DNA of 51,649 bases from Gammaproteobacteria bacterium (GTDB lineage: Bacteria; Pseudomonadota; Gammaproteobacteria; GCA-001735895): assembly GCA_047622345.1 (NCBI GenBank), contig JBLHOA010000002.1, forward strand, positions 1 to 51,649, written 5' to 3'. Both the position numbers and the translations under genes were made by a program. Below the pieces are notes generated by a model that saw only the letters and a program-made list of their open reading frames with translations, was not told the DNA's origin and did no database searches. Positions 13,801 to 22,635 of this stretch are shown here, piece after piece (the stretch's first letter is position 1; the number at the start of each line of letters is the position of its first letter).

Positions 13801-14196
13801 CTCGTTACGGACCGCGCGAATATCATTCAACAACGGCAGGATCGCGATAGGAATATCCCTGTGCCCGGATTGAATATGTTCGAGATAGTCGGGTAGTTGC
13901 AGTACCGCTCTTAGCAGGACTTCAAGCGCAGATTCGTTATGCCGCTCTTCGCCTTCAGTGATAAATTTGGTGAGTGATATCATTTCCTCGGTCAACATGG
14001 CCGCGCCATATTGCTCGATCATCATCAACACGCCTTGAATTACGACGAGCTTTTCTTTAACCGAGAATAGCAACTGTTCTTCGCCGTCCTCCAGATAATG
14101 ATTGAGGTCAGTTTTAATTTCGAACAGATTATCGTCGATGGATGTCTTAACCCATCCGAGAGCACTATGCTTAATTGATAATTGTTGGGAAATCAT
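7822..14196 (-). CDS. chpA: Pil-Chp hybrid histidine kinase ChpA/PilL (multiple Hpt, HATPase, CheW, receiver)
   Basis: Hpt motifs AFHTIKGSG, ALHTIHGAS and YLHTLKGGA; EHILRNALSHGIE, DDGAG, SGRGVGMDVV; C-terminal receiver VVDDS...LLDIEMPRMDG; 2124 aa. Confidence 0.95.
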   Translation of the reverse strand: MISQQLSIKHSALGWVKTSIDDNLFEIKTDLNHYLEDGEEQLLFSVKEKLVVIQGVLMMIEQYGAAMLTEEMISLTKFITEGEERHNESALEVLLRAVLQLPDYLEHIQSGHRDIPIAILPLLNDIRAVRNEDLFSEKLLFLPDLSVHQEDSEVDAISENDNQASRLLAKRLRPVYQIALVNVIRDRDIEESLKKLEMVCAALEERSLSEQVARIWWIVGALIESVSRQQLELGVSIKSLLGKIDALFRVILIIGERGLAKRQPLELIKNFLYYIAQPQCDGPKTQAIKTAYRLEEFLPSEAARSRVLDNIAGPNQALLKTVAEAMKSDIESVKSTLEVYVNGDLGKVELLSDLPQEMHIISDTLAMIGLGSQRQLVESQIETVKQIIDGSKKASEDHLLQMAAELLQIEQALDQMQKRQPVSEDEPRSESDVSKDYELDSVLTAVVTAALDDIQKTKNALLEFIKDPSQIENIQLCITLMKESKGALVLLNKPRAVDVVDGLLNYLQGYDIVAFMESSRLDSLSQVVASLEYYLEALGEHRNDAAGILDFADIQLQDLLSNNAQVNADAEEVEIEVESDPVNIETGVLDQVELQEAPGAVTQPSDNNAGATNVTIEPVVDSENLPPGDLPPVVATEESIEVDLVSPGIEDEPEVGEKPQDVVADEPVDEASTGFDHDDTVHAVFDVASLEDTVVGDEVETPAQPVSPANLINVVAIEEELEVLRPGCDPEILEIYLEEAEEESINIARLQQDWKLHPEDENAIKNIRRAFHTIKGSGRLVGAMKIGEFAWDYEQLLNRVIEKTVAPEGQVIKAVGKAAEALMQLVEELKTNKPVEKNIGYLRGVARTLSEFKAAQVLIEHTQQMSVVESPYDRIIEDDEVDSSNESVGADTQIMPPSLNLGGLLDQIEPDTMRVDPRVFEQVAPGEKAAADSFSDTVLASPLDFDNTIFPEADLDKSDVAEAEESIVPPIPPLSPEDMTSTDKEAFTAAVDYADSSAQPIDLDEQSVIAAEAEIEQIEFLEAAEHDDDFGVFAEDDDDIPEIQLFETEESLADLEEEVILENLAQEIDLEGEEIDAIEIDDAIEIDDAIEIDDAIEIDDAIEIDDAIEVVEESSFNTGAIPAAPTLETGDAAATGKDHSLTDDYRNLAASESVEPEESPPDPFVDTTKSPVPGKGVGVSAPAIPDAAKPIALSFDPDLLIIYQQEVEQHLSTINSALDRADQIGELIPGEEIYRALHTIHGASRTADISSIGELAGLLEKPLKSAIAQRLALDHEIIALYREGHKAMHEMTSELVESRSLPPIPKDLEISLRAFAEDLEEHTVEIPEAEQQSGEFIDTLTMMSDGGDPAQDGELLGIFFEEASELLEMSDHTLHAWSIQRVDESGSYDYTSVMELQRYLHTLKGGARMAELNGISDLSHEMESMFIAIIDGRVEKNDDVIDLLKNSFDLLHRQVLEAQLGQPLSDSAAQVELLKQLRRGESGKSANEIFDDSINIDSEDIDIVSANLPGEPLAGTERQTQDVIRVRADLLDNLVNSAGEVSIYRARMEQQVSGLGTYLGELGQTIARLKGQLRSLEAETDAQVHFSHRVDASAGSEFDPLELDRYTLIQELSKSLSESVNDLSSLQGMLGEQVKDSETLLLQQSRVSTELQDGLIKSRMVKFSGLLSRLRRLVRQSSQELGKKADLIITGEENEVDNKVLDRMVAPLEHILRNALSHGIETPVERVKKGKAEAGSISIDISRDGSDIVIKVSDDGAGVNIEKVRSRALQLGLIEKEHHVADADLVQYILEPGFSTAEHVTQLSGRGVGMDVVDIEIKQLGGILQIETNSQGTSFIARLPFTLSINQAILIRSGDEIYAIPLISIEGISRIENQAMVEHFKQSEPVLEYAGQKFALHSLSKLVGLSDGYKSHAEDQKQPIIFSRSGDVRVAVHVDEVLGNREIVVKTLGKQLSQVKGLSGASILADGSIVLILDVNGLVRHSVSSPVKIVYQSDEALSKQNARSTVMVVDDSITMRRVASKLLLRHNYEVVTAKDGVDALAQLEDVRPDVMLLDIEMPRMDGFELATHMQNEPNYSKIPIIMITSRTGEKHRDRAFEIGVANYMGKPYQEDELIENIQSALAAV
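10870..10968. repeat. In-frame 18-bp tandem repeat (TTCGATCGCATCGTCTAT x5.5) encoding (AIEIDD)n in a ChpA linker
   Basis: Five exact copies starting at 10870, 10888, 10906, 10924 and 10942, plus a 9-nt partial copy. Confidence 0.97.
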
Positions 14197-14202
14197 TTCC
14201 AG

Positions 14203-16359
14203 CTAGCTCCGAACCTCATCGTCGTCAATCCCGAAACCACCAGGATCATTAGAGTTCTGGACCATCGTGCTTTCGGCCTTCTGCATTCCCGGCAGCTTGA
14301 AACCAGCCACCGACTTCTGCATTTCCTGAACCATTTTTGATAGCTCGCCGATAGACCCGGATGCCTGGTTTGAACCCTCTGAGGTTTTGACGGTAATCTG
14401 CTGAATGACATCCATAACTTCTGTAATCTGAACACTCTCCCGCGCCTGCTCCCTGGTAGAATCAGATATCTCCAGAATTCTCTGCGCCAGGTTCATTGAA
14501 ACCTGTTCAATTTTATCGAGGGCGCTACCCGCATTTTCCGTTAGTTTTGCACCCTTAACTACGTTTGCGGTGCTCTGCTCCATCGATACGGTGGCTTCAT
14601 TTGTGTCCGCCTGGATAGTTTTAACCAGCGCTTCAATCTGTTTGGTCGCATCACCGGTACGCTCTGCAAGGCGTTGAACTTCATCGGCAACAACCGCAAA
14701 GCCGCGCCCGGCCTCTCCTGCCATCGAAGCCTGTATGGCGGCGTTCAAAGCCAGTATATTGGTCTGGTCAGAAATTTCTGTAATCAGATTTACTATGTCC
14801 CCGATTTCCTGAGACGATTCTCCAAGTCGCTTAATGCGCTTAGACGTTTCCTGAATCTGTTCACGAATAGTTTCCATGCCTTTAATCGTCTGGCGAACGG
14901 TTTCTCCACCGTTGTGGGCAATGCTCACCGATTTCCTGGCCACTTCCGCAGAGTCGGCAGCACGTTCCGAAACCAGAGACATGGATTTTGAAATCTCGGT
15001 TATCGCATTACTGGCTGCGGTAATCTGGCTGGTTTGGGCATCACTCGCCTCGGTCAACTGACCGGTAGTATTTTGCGTCTTTCGCACCGCAGTTCGAACT
15101 TGATTCGCAGTATTATTAATCGTCCCGACCAGGTCCCGCAAAGCGTCTATGGAATAGTTAACCGAATCGGCGATTGCCCCGGTAATATCTTCAGTTACTG
15201 TGGTATGGGTAGACAGGTCACCGTCGGCAAGATTCGTCATTTCGTCCAACAACCGAAGTATTGCACGCTGGTTTTTCTCATTTTGATCCTGCGACTCGGT
15301 CAGATTATGCTGATATTCACGAACGATGACGATAATCAGAACAATCAGTAACAACACCGCGAGCAAACCGAAGCCGAAACCGATTAAATCGAAAGCCTTA
15401 CTGGTTTCATCATCTCTAGCCAGCGCAGTAATCAACAGATTTGAGGACGATAAAATCCGCGGGCTGACCGCCTGAATGTCCAGTGCTGCTTCATGAACTT
15501 TGAAAATTTGTGGCGAATTATCCAGAATTTCGCGAATATTTTTCCGTACCACCGAATACAGGTCGGCAAACTTCAACAGATTTGCGACCGCCCCGTTACC
15601 CGTTATCTTTATAATCCCGAGCTCGGCGTTACCTTCAAGCATACCGAGCAACTGGGCTTCGACACTACCCGCAGCAGTGGTAAACCGGTCCGCTGCGGAC
15701 ATAACCATTTTTCCATCGTTTAATATTTGATCCAGGCTGTGCTCGATGCTATGAATCAAGGCCAATTGCCGCGCAGCAATGGCTATGCTTTCCCTGGCTG
15801 AGTTCGTTTTTACGAGCTCAGTTATCAGGTCTTCAGACAGCGAAACCAGTTCTGGAATCGATTCGTTAATCTGGGTGACAAACTCACTGACGGTTCTAAT
15901 CGCAGCTTTGGCTCTGACAACAGTCGATATGCTTCGGCTGTACTCATCCCAACCAAACTTCAGATTAGAATACTCAATATTGAATTTTGCTGGTAAGGGC
16001 GGCAAGTCCTGCTCCGGATCACCATTATCGAACTTGTCGAGGTTTTCGTTAAAGCGCCGTTGATTCAGCGCAAGACGATTGAAGGCTAGATCCTCACCCG
16101 AGGAGGCTTCAAGTGCATTAACGGCAATTTGCTGCGATATCACCTGCTGCTCGGAGGCAATCGTGGTGTAAAGTTTATTTTCATGGGCCAGGTTGGCCTT
16201 GATACTGAACATGACGACAACGGTAATCACAGATGCAATTAACAATAACCCGACTATGAGAGTCTTTTTATTTATCGACTTGCTCACCTTAGTCGCCGGA
16301 GTGCCAGACTTTGATGAACGCTTCGGCAGCAGGTTTTTGAATTTATCTAAAAATGCCAT
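14203..16359 (-). CDS. pilJ: Methyl-accepting chemoreceptor PilJ
   Basis: Two TM helices, [11 protein letters not shown]...LADGDL HAMP, MCP core [35 protein letters not shown]. Confidence 0.95.
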   Translation of the reverse strand: MAFLDKFKNLLPKRSSKSGTPATKVSKSINKKTLIVGLLLIASVITVVVMFSIKANLAHENKLYTTIASEQQVISQQIAVNALEASSGEDLAFNRLALNQRRFNENLDKFDNGDPEQDLPPLPAKFNIEYSNLKFGWDEYSRSISTVVRAKAAIRTVSEFVTQINESIPELVSLSEDLITELVKTNSARESIAIAARQLALIHSIEHSLDQILNDGKMVMSAADRFTTAAGSVEAQLLGMLEGNAELGIIKITGNGAVANLLKFADLYSVVRKNIREILDNSPQIFKVHEAALDIQAVSPRILSSSNLLITALARDDETSKAFDLIGFGFGLLAVLLLIVLIIVIVREYQHNLTESQDQNEKNQRAILRLLDEMTNLADGDLSTHTTVTEDITGAIADSVNYSIDALRDLVGTINNTANQVRTAVRKTQNTTGQLTEASDAQTSQITAASNAITEISKSMSLVSERAADSAEVARKSVSIAHNGGETVRQTIKGMETIREQIQETSKRIKRLGESSQEIGDIVNLITEISDQTNILALNAAIQASMAGEAGRGFAVVADEVQRLAERTGDATKQIEALVKTIQADTNEATVSMEQSTANVVKGAKLTENAGSALDKIEQVSMNLAQRILEISDSTREQARESVQITEVMDVIQQITVKTSEGSNQASGSIGELSKMVQEMQKSVAGFKLPGMQKAESTMVQNSNDPGGFGIDDDEVRS

Positions 16360-16383
16360 TGGTATCTCTAATTTCTCACTTAT

Positions 16384-16917
16384 CTAAACTACACGAAGGA
16401 ACTGTTCGTCATTCGCGAGTCTGGCAACACTGAAAATATTCCAACGATTGACCTGGTCGACAAATATCCCACCCAGGTATTCGGCCAGGTTTCCAGCATT
16501 GCTTACGGTTTCATCTAATTGTTCTTCCGGTTTAAAGCGACGTAGCCCGTAGACTTCATCGACAATCAAACCAGCCGACACACCCGACTTGTTGATAATT
16601 AACACACGCGTTTCTTTTTTGATCGTACTAGCCTCGCCAAAAAAGAAAGCATTCATATCGAGTACTGGCATCAAGTTACCCCTGATATTTGCCAGACCTC
16701 TAACCCAGAACACGACACCAGGCACTCGAATGGTGTCGGGCAAAGGCAGTATTTCGCTGACTTCATCCATTTTTGCCAATAACGGTACGCCGTTGATCGA
16801 AAAACCAATTCCTATCCAGTCATCGATAACTGATTTAGCGACCGGTAGACCCGATGAGTTGCTACGACATCGTCTATCCAGCTTTCGAAGTATTTCAAAT
16901 GGTGAAGCTATCGGCAT
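16384..16917 (-). CDS. pilI: CheW-like protein PilI
   Basis: RVPGVVFWVRGLANIRGNLMPVLD; position between pilH and pilJ. Confidence 0.9.
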   Translation of the reverse strand: MPIASPFEILRKLDRRCRSNSSGLPVAKSVIDDWIGIGFSINGVPLLAKMDEVSEILPLPDTIRVPGVVFWVRGLANIRGNLMPVLDMNAFFFGEASTIKKETRVLIINKSGVSAGLIVDEVYGLRRFKPEEQLDETVSNAGNLAEYLGGIFVDQVNRWNIFSVARLANDEQFLRVV

Positions 16918-16934
16918 AATGAATGAATCAGACG

Positions 16935-17318
16935 TTAATCTTCATAACGACGTTCAAACCCCAGGACTTTATTAATTCGGTCAATCAGGTCACGTTCTAC
17001 CGCAGGTTTAACGATGTAATCTTTGGCACCCTGGCGCATCCCCCAAATTTTGTCCGTTTCCTGATCCTTGGTCGTAATGATAATTACCGGAATTCCAGAA
17101 GTTACCGGGTTGCGGCTTAAATCCCGGGTCGCCTGAAACCCATTTTTTCCCGGCATAACCACATCCATTAAAATACAGTCGGGCATAATTTCGATCGCTT
17201 TTTCGATTCCCTCTTCCCCATTTTTGGCAACTGACACTTCGATATCATTGTTTAGCAGCATGTTTTTGAACACATGCACCTCTGTGGGCGAATCATCAAT
17301 TATCAGAATATGGGTCAT
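16935..17318 (-). CDS. pilH: Single-domain response regulator PilH
   Basis: IIDDSPTE, LMDVVMPGKNGFQATR, TTKDQETDKIWGMRQGAKDY. Confidence 0.93.
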   Translation of the reverse strand: MTHILIIDDSPTEVHVFKNMLLNNDIEVSVAKNGEEGIEKAIEIMPDCILMDVVMPGKNGFQATRDLSRNPVTSGIPVIIITTKDQETDKIWGMRQGAKDYIVKPAVERDLIDRINKVLGFERRYED

Positions 17319-17364
17319 TTGGAAACTACCTCTTTAATATGCCGTTTCGATCGGGCTCGAATTC

Positions 17365-17781
17365 TCATTTGCCCACGTGGGTCGTGATGGCATTAATTAA
17401 ATCTTCCTTGGAAAATGGTTTTGTTAAATATTTTTCAGAGCCAACAATTCTTCCCCGGGCACGATCAAAAATACTGTCTTTACTGGATAACATAATGACC
17501 GGAGTGGATTTAAAATTTTGATTGTTTTTGATTAACGCACAGGTTTGGTAACCGTCCAGGCGCGGCATCATAATGTCGACAAAAATGATATCGGGTTTAT
17601 GTTCGGTGATCTTTGCCAGGGCTTCGAAACCATCAATAGCGGTAACCACTTCGCAGCCAACCTTCTTCAGAAGCGTTTCTGCACTACGCCGTATAGTCTT
17701 ACTATCATCAATTACCATGACTTTGACGTTCAGATTGGCTGCCGCTGGCACCACTTCTGCTGTTTGAGACTCGTCGTTCAC
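17365..17781 (-). CDS. pilG: Single-domain response regulator PilG
   Basis: KVMVIDDSKTIRRSAETLL, FVDIMMPRLDGYQTCALIK; GTG start with GGGGGA RBS. Confidence 0.95.
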   Translation of the reverse strand: MNDESQTAEVVPAAANLNVKVMVIDDSKTIRRSAETLLKKVGCEVVTAIDGFEALAKITEHKPDIIFVDIMMPRLDGYQTCALIKNNQNFKSTPVIMLSSKDSIFDRARGRIVGSEKYLTKPFSKEDLINAITTHVGK

Positions 17782-18120
17782 ATATCCCCCAAAGGATTAA
17801 AAGTGGGCTTCCCCCACTGTGCACCAAAATAGATTATATTTATTTTATCAAGTAAAACCAGTAATTTATTTAAACTTAGTAATGTAAATTCTAAGTTCTA
17901 AATGGAATTAACTCGCATCAAATTCGACTACCTACATCTATAGAAACTAGTCGAGAAATCGAAGATCAGCAAGGGTAATCATTTCACTAAGCGATTATTG
18001 CACCAAGAATTTGATGTGCGTGGACATTAGATTTAAGTACTATCCCCGAAATTACATCAACGAATACAGGTTTAACCACTTGTAAAGTCATCAAGAATAT
18101 AGCAGATAACCGGACATTCT

Positions 18121-19077
18121 ATGCCTAAACTTCGCAAACTTGGAATCGTTATGGATCCCATTGAGTCGATCAAACCCTGGAAAGACTCAAGTTTCGCCAT
18201 GATGCTTGAAGCGCAGGCCCGCCATTGGCAACTATTTTATTTCCAGATATCTGATCTCTATATGGACGACGGTATAGCCATGGGCCAGTATCAAACCTTG
18301 CAATTGACGGATGCGAATGAGGACTGGTTTGAGATTTTAGACTCTGGAATCTGTCGGCTGGACCAACTCGATGCAATTTTAATGCGCAAGGACCCGCCTT
18401 TTGATCTCGAGTATATCTACGCGACCTATATTCTCGAACAGGCTGAGGAAAATGGTGCGCTAGTCGTTAACAAACCCTCCAGCCTGAGGGATTGTAATGA
18501 AAAGATGTTTACCCGTGCTTTTCCACAGTGCTGCGTGACCACGCGAGTCAGTCGCGATCAGGGCCTGCTCAAGGATTTCATCGAAACCCATAAAGATGTC
18601 ATTATCAAGCCGCTCGACGGCATGGGTGGGCAATCCATTTTCCGCATTAAGGCGGGCGACCCCAACACTAATGTCATCATAGAAACCGTTTCGAAACGCG
18701 GTCATTCACAAACTATGGTTCAGCGCTATATTCCTGAAATTATTGCTGGGGATAAACGCATACTTTTGATAGACGGCAAACCGGTAAAATACGCGCTCGC
18801 ACGCGTCCCTGCCGAAGGTGAGCTGCGTGGGAATATTGCCGCCGGGGCGAGCACGCGCGGGCAGAAACTCAGCGAGCGTGATTTCTGGCTGTGCGAACAA
18901 ATCGGCGAGGAATTGCGTAAAAGAGGGTTATTGTTTGTCGGCATCGATGTTATTGGTGACTACATTACGGAAATCAATGTCACCAGTCCAACCTGTATTC
19001 GCGAACTTGACCGCGAATTTAATCTCAACATCAGCGCAGATTTATTCGAGTGTATCGAGCAGCGCTTAAGCAACTAA
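18121..19077 (+). CDS. gshB: Glutathione synthetase
   Basis: MRKDPPFD, KPLDGMGG, RGNIAAG, EINVTSPT; divergent from pilG as in Pseudomonas. Confidence 0.97.
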   Translation: MPKLRKLGIVMDPIESIKPWKDSSFAMMLEAQARHWQLFYFQISDLYMDDGIAMGQYQTLQLTDANEDWFEILDSGICRLDQLDAILMRKDPPFDLEYIYATYILEQAEENGALVVNKPSSLRDCNEKMFTRAFPQCCVTTRVSRDQGLLKDFIETHKDVIIKPLDGMGGQSIFRIKAGDPNTNVIIETVSKRGHSQTMVQRYIPEIIAGDKRILLIDGKPVKYALARVPAEGELRGNIAAGASTRGQKLSERDFWLCEQIGEELRKRGLLFVGIDVIGDYITEINVTSPTCIRELDREFNLNISADLFECIEQRLSN

Positions 19078-20069
19078 CAGGGCTCCTGCTATTAAGCTGG
19101 ACGCTGTCGAGCTGCAGTCAACAAGACTATATCATCGAGCAAAGCCTGCTCGATTTCGGCACCGTGATCGAAATAACCCTGATTGTCGATCATCCGAAAA
19201 CAGCCGAAAATATTTTACTGGAAATCGAAACCCGACTGGCTAGTTATCGACAGCAATGGCACGCATGGGAAGACAGTGATCTCACCCGTTTCAACGCTCA
19301 ACTGGTGCAATCGAAGGCCGTTCAAATTCCGCAGTCGCTCGAACCACTGTTACTGTTAAGCAAGCAATATCATCAGAAAACGCTAGGGCTATTCAACCCT
19401 GCGATGGGGAAATTAATCGCTGCTTACGGATTTCACGACAGGCCTGCAAATCTTGAGAGTATTGCCCGATATCGAAGCCATATCCCGACTATGGGTGATT
19501 TAAAAATTGAAGATCGCCGGGCCCGTGCAATGCATCCTGATTTGCAGATTGACCTGGGCGGCATCGCGAAGGGCTATGCGGTTGGATTGCTAAGTGACTA
19601 TCTCGATCAGGCGGGAATCACTGATTACATCGTCAATGCCGGCGGTGATTTACAAACGTCGGGGAGCAAGCGGGGCAAACCCTGGCGGCTTGGCATCCAG
19701 AACCCATTTGCTCCCGGAGCTATTGCTGAAATTGAGTTAAAAGGCCGATACAGCCTGTTCACTTCCGGCAATTACCGGCGCAGTTACTACCAGGGAAGTC
19801 GACGAGTTCATCATATTATCAACCCGGAAAATGGCAGTGCATCGAAAGGTCAAAGCTCGGCGACTGTGCTTGCGAACAATCCGGTGCTGGCCGATGTAGC
19901 GGCCACAGCGCTGATGATCGATGGATGGCAACGGCACCGGCAACTGGCGCAGTCGTTACCGGTTTCCGATTATTTAATTGTCGGCGAGGGTCGCGAAATC
20001 ATTCTTAGCCGGGCATTAGCCGATAAATTAAATCTGCTTGTCGATTGGCCGATAACACTGGTGGATTAG
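19050..20069 (+). CDS. apbE: FAD:protein FMN transferase (ApbE family lipoprotein)
   Basis: Lipobox-like LSSC after a hydrophobic stretch; DLGGIAKGY, NAGGD, TSGNY, HHIINP, ADVAATA. Start codon uncertain (GTG overlapping gshB). Confidence 0.9.
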   Translation: MYRAALKQLTGLLLLSWTLSSCSQQDYIIEQSLLDFGTVIEITLIVDHPKTAENILLEIETRLASYRQQWHAWEDSDLTRFNAQLVQSKAVQIPQSLEPLLLLSKQYHQKTLGLFNPAMGKLIAAYGFHDRPANLESIARYRSHIPTMGDLKIEDRRARAMHPDLQIDLGGIAKGYAVGLLSDYLDQAGITDYIVNAGGDLQTSGSKRGKPWRLGIQNPFAPGAIAEIELKGRYSLFTSGNYRRSYYQGSRRVHHIINPENGSASKGQSSATVLANNPVLADVAATALMIDGWQRHRQLAQSLPVSDYLIVGEGREIILSRALADKLNLLVDWPITLVD

Positions 20070-20129
20070 CTGCTAGATTAAAAGTGCCTCTGGCACATCA
20101 ATAACAAACTTGGCACAATCATCCTCTAA

Positions 20130-21020
20130 ATGACCTCATCCCAAGCATCACCTCCCCGTATTTCAGCCAGTGACCGACTTGGATTCACCTTGTTCCTGGC
20201 TTTGGCCCTGCATGCCATCGTTGTGCTCGGTGTGGGTTTCACCCGGCAGCAGGGCAATCAACAGGATCAGCTTCCGAGCCTTGACATCATAGTAGCCAAT
20301 TCGAAATCTTTCGAAGCGGTAGAAGATGCCGACTTCCTCGCTCAGGAAAATCAACAAGGCGGCGGTAACCTGGATGATAAGGCACGCCCCAGCGCGCCGG
20401 TGTCAGCGGATACCCCAATCGATCAGAAAGGATTATCTGACCAGGCTCGTGTTGAATTGCACAAGCAACAACTGAGCGTCAATAAGTTGTATTTCCTGAC
20501 CCAGAATGAGGCCGACGAGCAGACCAGCCTCGAGCGACAACAAAGAACAAAGGATTCTAGCTCTAAAGATGCCAGTGAGGTCGAGCAGCGACAAAGCAAG
20601 ATCGCCCGCCTACAGGCTGAAATACGGCAGATGGCGATTGACTATGCCAAAAGACCCAAGGTGATCACGCTTACCGCGAGTACGCGTAAGGCGATTGAGG
20701 CCAGTTATCTCGCAACCTGGGTTAAGAAAATCGAACACACCGGGAATTTGAACTATCCTTCCGAAGCCCGACTCCAAAACCTGGAAGGCCGTTTGCGCAT
20801 GAGCGTTCGCCTCAATTCCAGGGGCGAAGTGGTCAAGGTGAAAATTACCAGCTCCTCAGGAACCACCGTGCTCGATGAAGCAGCGAAGCGTATACTTCGT
20901 ATGGCCGAGCCTTTTGCGCCATTTTCAGATGCATTGAAGGAACGCGCTGATCAAATCGTAATCATTCGAACCTGGGACTTTAACAGTAACCGGCTCGATA
21001 CCAATGACGAGATAAGCTAA
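20130..21020 (+). CDS. tonB: TonB-family energy transducer (TonB3-like)
   Basis: TM with ALALHAIV, ADFLAQENQQGGG, C-terminal GNLNYPSEAR...SSSG...LDEAA...IIRTW; syntenic with Pseudomonas tonB3. Confidence 0.85.
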   Translation: MTSSQASPPRISASDRLGFTLFLALALHAIVVLGVGFTRQQGNQQDQLPSLDIIVANSKSFEAVEDADFLAQENQQGGGNLDDKARPSAPVSADTPIDQKGLSDQARVELHKQQLSVNKLYFLTQNEADEQTSLERQQRTKDSSSKDASEVEQRQSKIARLQAEIRQMAIDYAKRPKVITLTASTRKAIEASYLATWVKKIEHTGNLNYPSEARLQNLEGRLRMSVRLNSRGEVVKVKITSSSGTTVLDEAAKRILRMAEPFAPFSDALKERADQIVIIRTWDFNSNRLDTNDEIS

Positions 21021-21589
21021 TGATTTCAAAACAAAATAATAGCCTGGTCAATAAATGTCTAATTGCAACTCCGGCCATCAAGGACCCCCTTTTTGCTGCC
21101 AGCCTGGTGTATATGTGTGAGCATAATACCGAGGGCAGTATGGGGCTGGTCATTAACCATCAGACCTCACAAATTCTGCAGGATATATTTGTCCAGTTGG
21201 ACATTGAATGCGAAGACCCCGTCGTGCGTAATCAACCGGTGTATCTGGGCGGCCCGGTAAAACTGGATCAGGGTTTTGTTTTGCATCATTCGAGCAAGGC
21301 CTGGCAGAACACAGTAGAAGTTTCATCAGGTATTCAAGTGACCAGTTCGCTGGATATCCTCGAATCCATTGCCAATCGTAGCGGCCCGGAAGACTACCTG
21401 GTAATTCTGGGTTTTTCCGGCTGGGCCTCGGGACAACTTGAGTCCGAGCTGCATGAAAACTCCTGGCTGACTTCGGCTAGCAGCAACGAATTAATTTTCC
21501 ATCAAAACTCGGAAGATAAATGGCAAATGGCCTTCGATACCCTGGGTTTCGATCTCAGCAGTCTTTCCCCCGTGAGCGGGAATGCCTGA
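21020..21589 (+). CDS. yqgE: YqgE/AlgH family protein
   Basis: LIATP, CEHNTEGSMGLVIN, GGPV, GFSGWASGQLESE..ENSWL. Confidence 0.93.
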   Translation: MISKQNNSLVNKCLIATPAIKDPLFAASLVYMCEHNTEGSMGLVINHQTSQILQDIFVQLDIECEDPVVRNQPVYLGGPVKLDQGFVLHHSSKAWQNTVEVSSGIQVTSSLDILESIANRSGPEDYLVILGFSGWASGQLESELHENSWLTSASSNELIFHQNSEDKWQMAFDTLGFDLSSLSPVSGNA

Positions 21590-21992
21590 CCCGGTTAAAA
21601 CCGTTATCGGTTTCGATTTTGGCAGTCACTGGATAGGCGTCGCCGTCGGCCAGACCTTTACCCGCCAGGCAAGTCCTTTAATTGCGGTGAAAGCGGGTGA
21701 CTGGCGCCAGATCGAAAAGATTTTGAAAGACTGGCAACCACAACGGGTAATCGTCGGGCTACCACTCAATAACGAAGGCGGCCCTCAGGAAATGACCGCC
21801 AGCGCCAGGCGTTTCAGCCGTCGACTGGAAGGCAGGTTTGGCATCAAGGCCGAGCTCATCGACGAGCGATTGACTACCCGCGAAGCCTATCAAGTCGCCA
21901 TCGCGAGCAATAAGATGAAAAGCAAACAGGAAATTGACAGCCTGTCAGCGGCATTGATCACCGAGTCATGGTTGCGCGCCTACCAGGACTAA
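21582..21992 (+). CDS. yqgF: YqgF/RuvX pre-16S rRNA nuclease
   Basis: GFDFG..IGVAVG, VGLP, DERLTT, IDSLSAALI. Confidence 0.93.
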   Translation: MPDPVKTVIGFDFGSHWIGVAVGQTFTRQASPLIAVKAGDWRQIEKILKDWQPQRVIVGLPLNNEGGPQEMTASARRFSRRLEGRFGIKAELIDERLTTREAYQVAIASNKMKSKQEIDSLSAALITESWLRAYQD

Positions 21993-22122
21993 TTTAAATA
22001 ATCGCTGAATTAATCAGAGTTTTCTTAACCATGCTATCCAGCGAGGGATAAGCGCGATTTCCTGCTGTATTGAAAGTCTATTTATGCTATAAAACCTGCG
22101 CAATCCTGACGCTGGAGAATTT

Positions 22123-22635
22123 GTGTCCCTACCCGCTGTAGAACCGCTTATAGAAAAGCTAACCCAGGCACTAATTCCCTATTTTTCTTCATCGAAGCCA
22201 CATCCTATTATTGTCGGCATTGGAACCGGTGGTGTCTGGATCGCCGAGCATTTACATCAGCGCCTGAAACCAGACACCGAGCTGGGGCGACTCAACATAT
22301 CTTTTTACCGCGATGATTTTACCCGAATCGGCCTTCATCCCGCCGTCAGTCCGTCGAGCCTGCCGGTCGACATCGATGACCGGGTAGTGATACTGGTCGA
22401 TGACGTGCTCCATACCGGGCGAACCGTTCGCGCAGCCATGAATGAAATTTTCGACTATGGTCGCCCGAAGCAAATTCTGCTCGCCATTTTGATTGATCGT
22501 GGCGATCGGGAAATTCCGATACAGGCCGATTTCATTGGCGCAGCTATGACGCTGGAAAAAACTAACCACGTCAAGCTGGAAGGCCCTGAAGATCTCTCTC
22601 TCAGCATAAAAGTTCTGGACCACCATGCAGGATAA
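22123..22635 (+). CDS. pyrR: PyrR (pyr regulator / UPRT fold)
   Basis: [12 protein letters not shown] loop [25 protein letters not shown]. Confidence 0.93.
   Translation: MSLPAVEPLIEKLTQALIPYFSSSKPHPIIVGIGTGGVWIAEHLHQRLKPDTELGRLNISFYRDDFTRIGLHPAVSPSSLPVDIDDRVVILVDDVLHTGRTVRAAMNEIFDYGRPKQILLAILIDRGDREIPIQADFIGAAMTLEKTNHVKLEGPEDLSLSIKVLDHHAG

Noticed and set aside
17821-18120. sRNA, Vfr/CRP/FNR site or foreign DNA in the AT-rich pilG-gshB spacer
   Set aside because: Only half-site matches and no stable structure or ORF; consistent with an ordinary divergent promoter region.
21993-22122. PyrR-binding attenuator upstream of pyrR
   Set aside because: Only a weak TATCC/GGATA hairpin; no AGUCCAGAGAGG-type binding loop or terminator.
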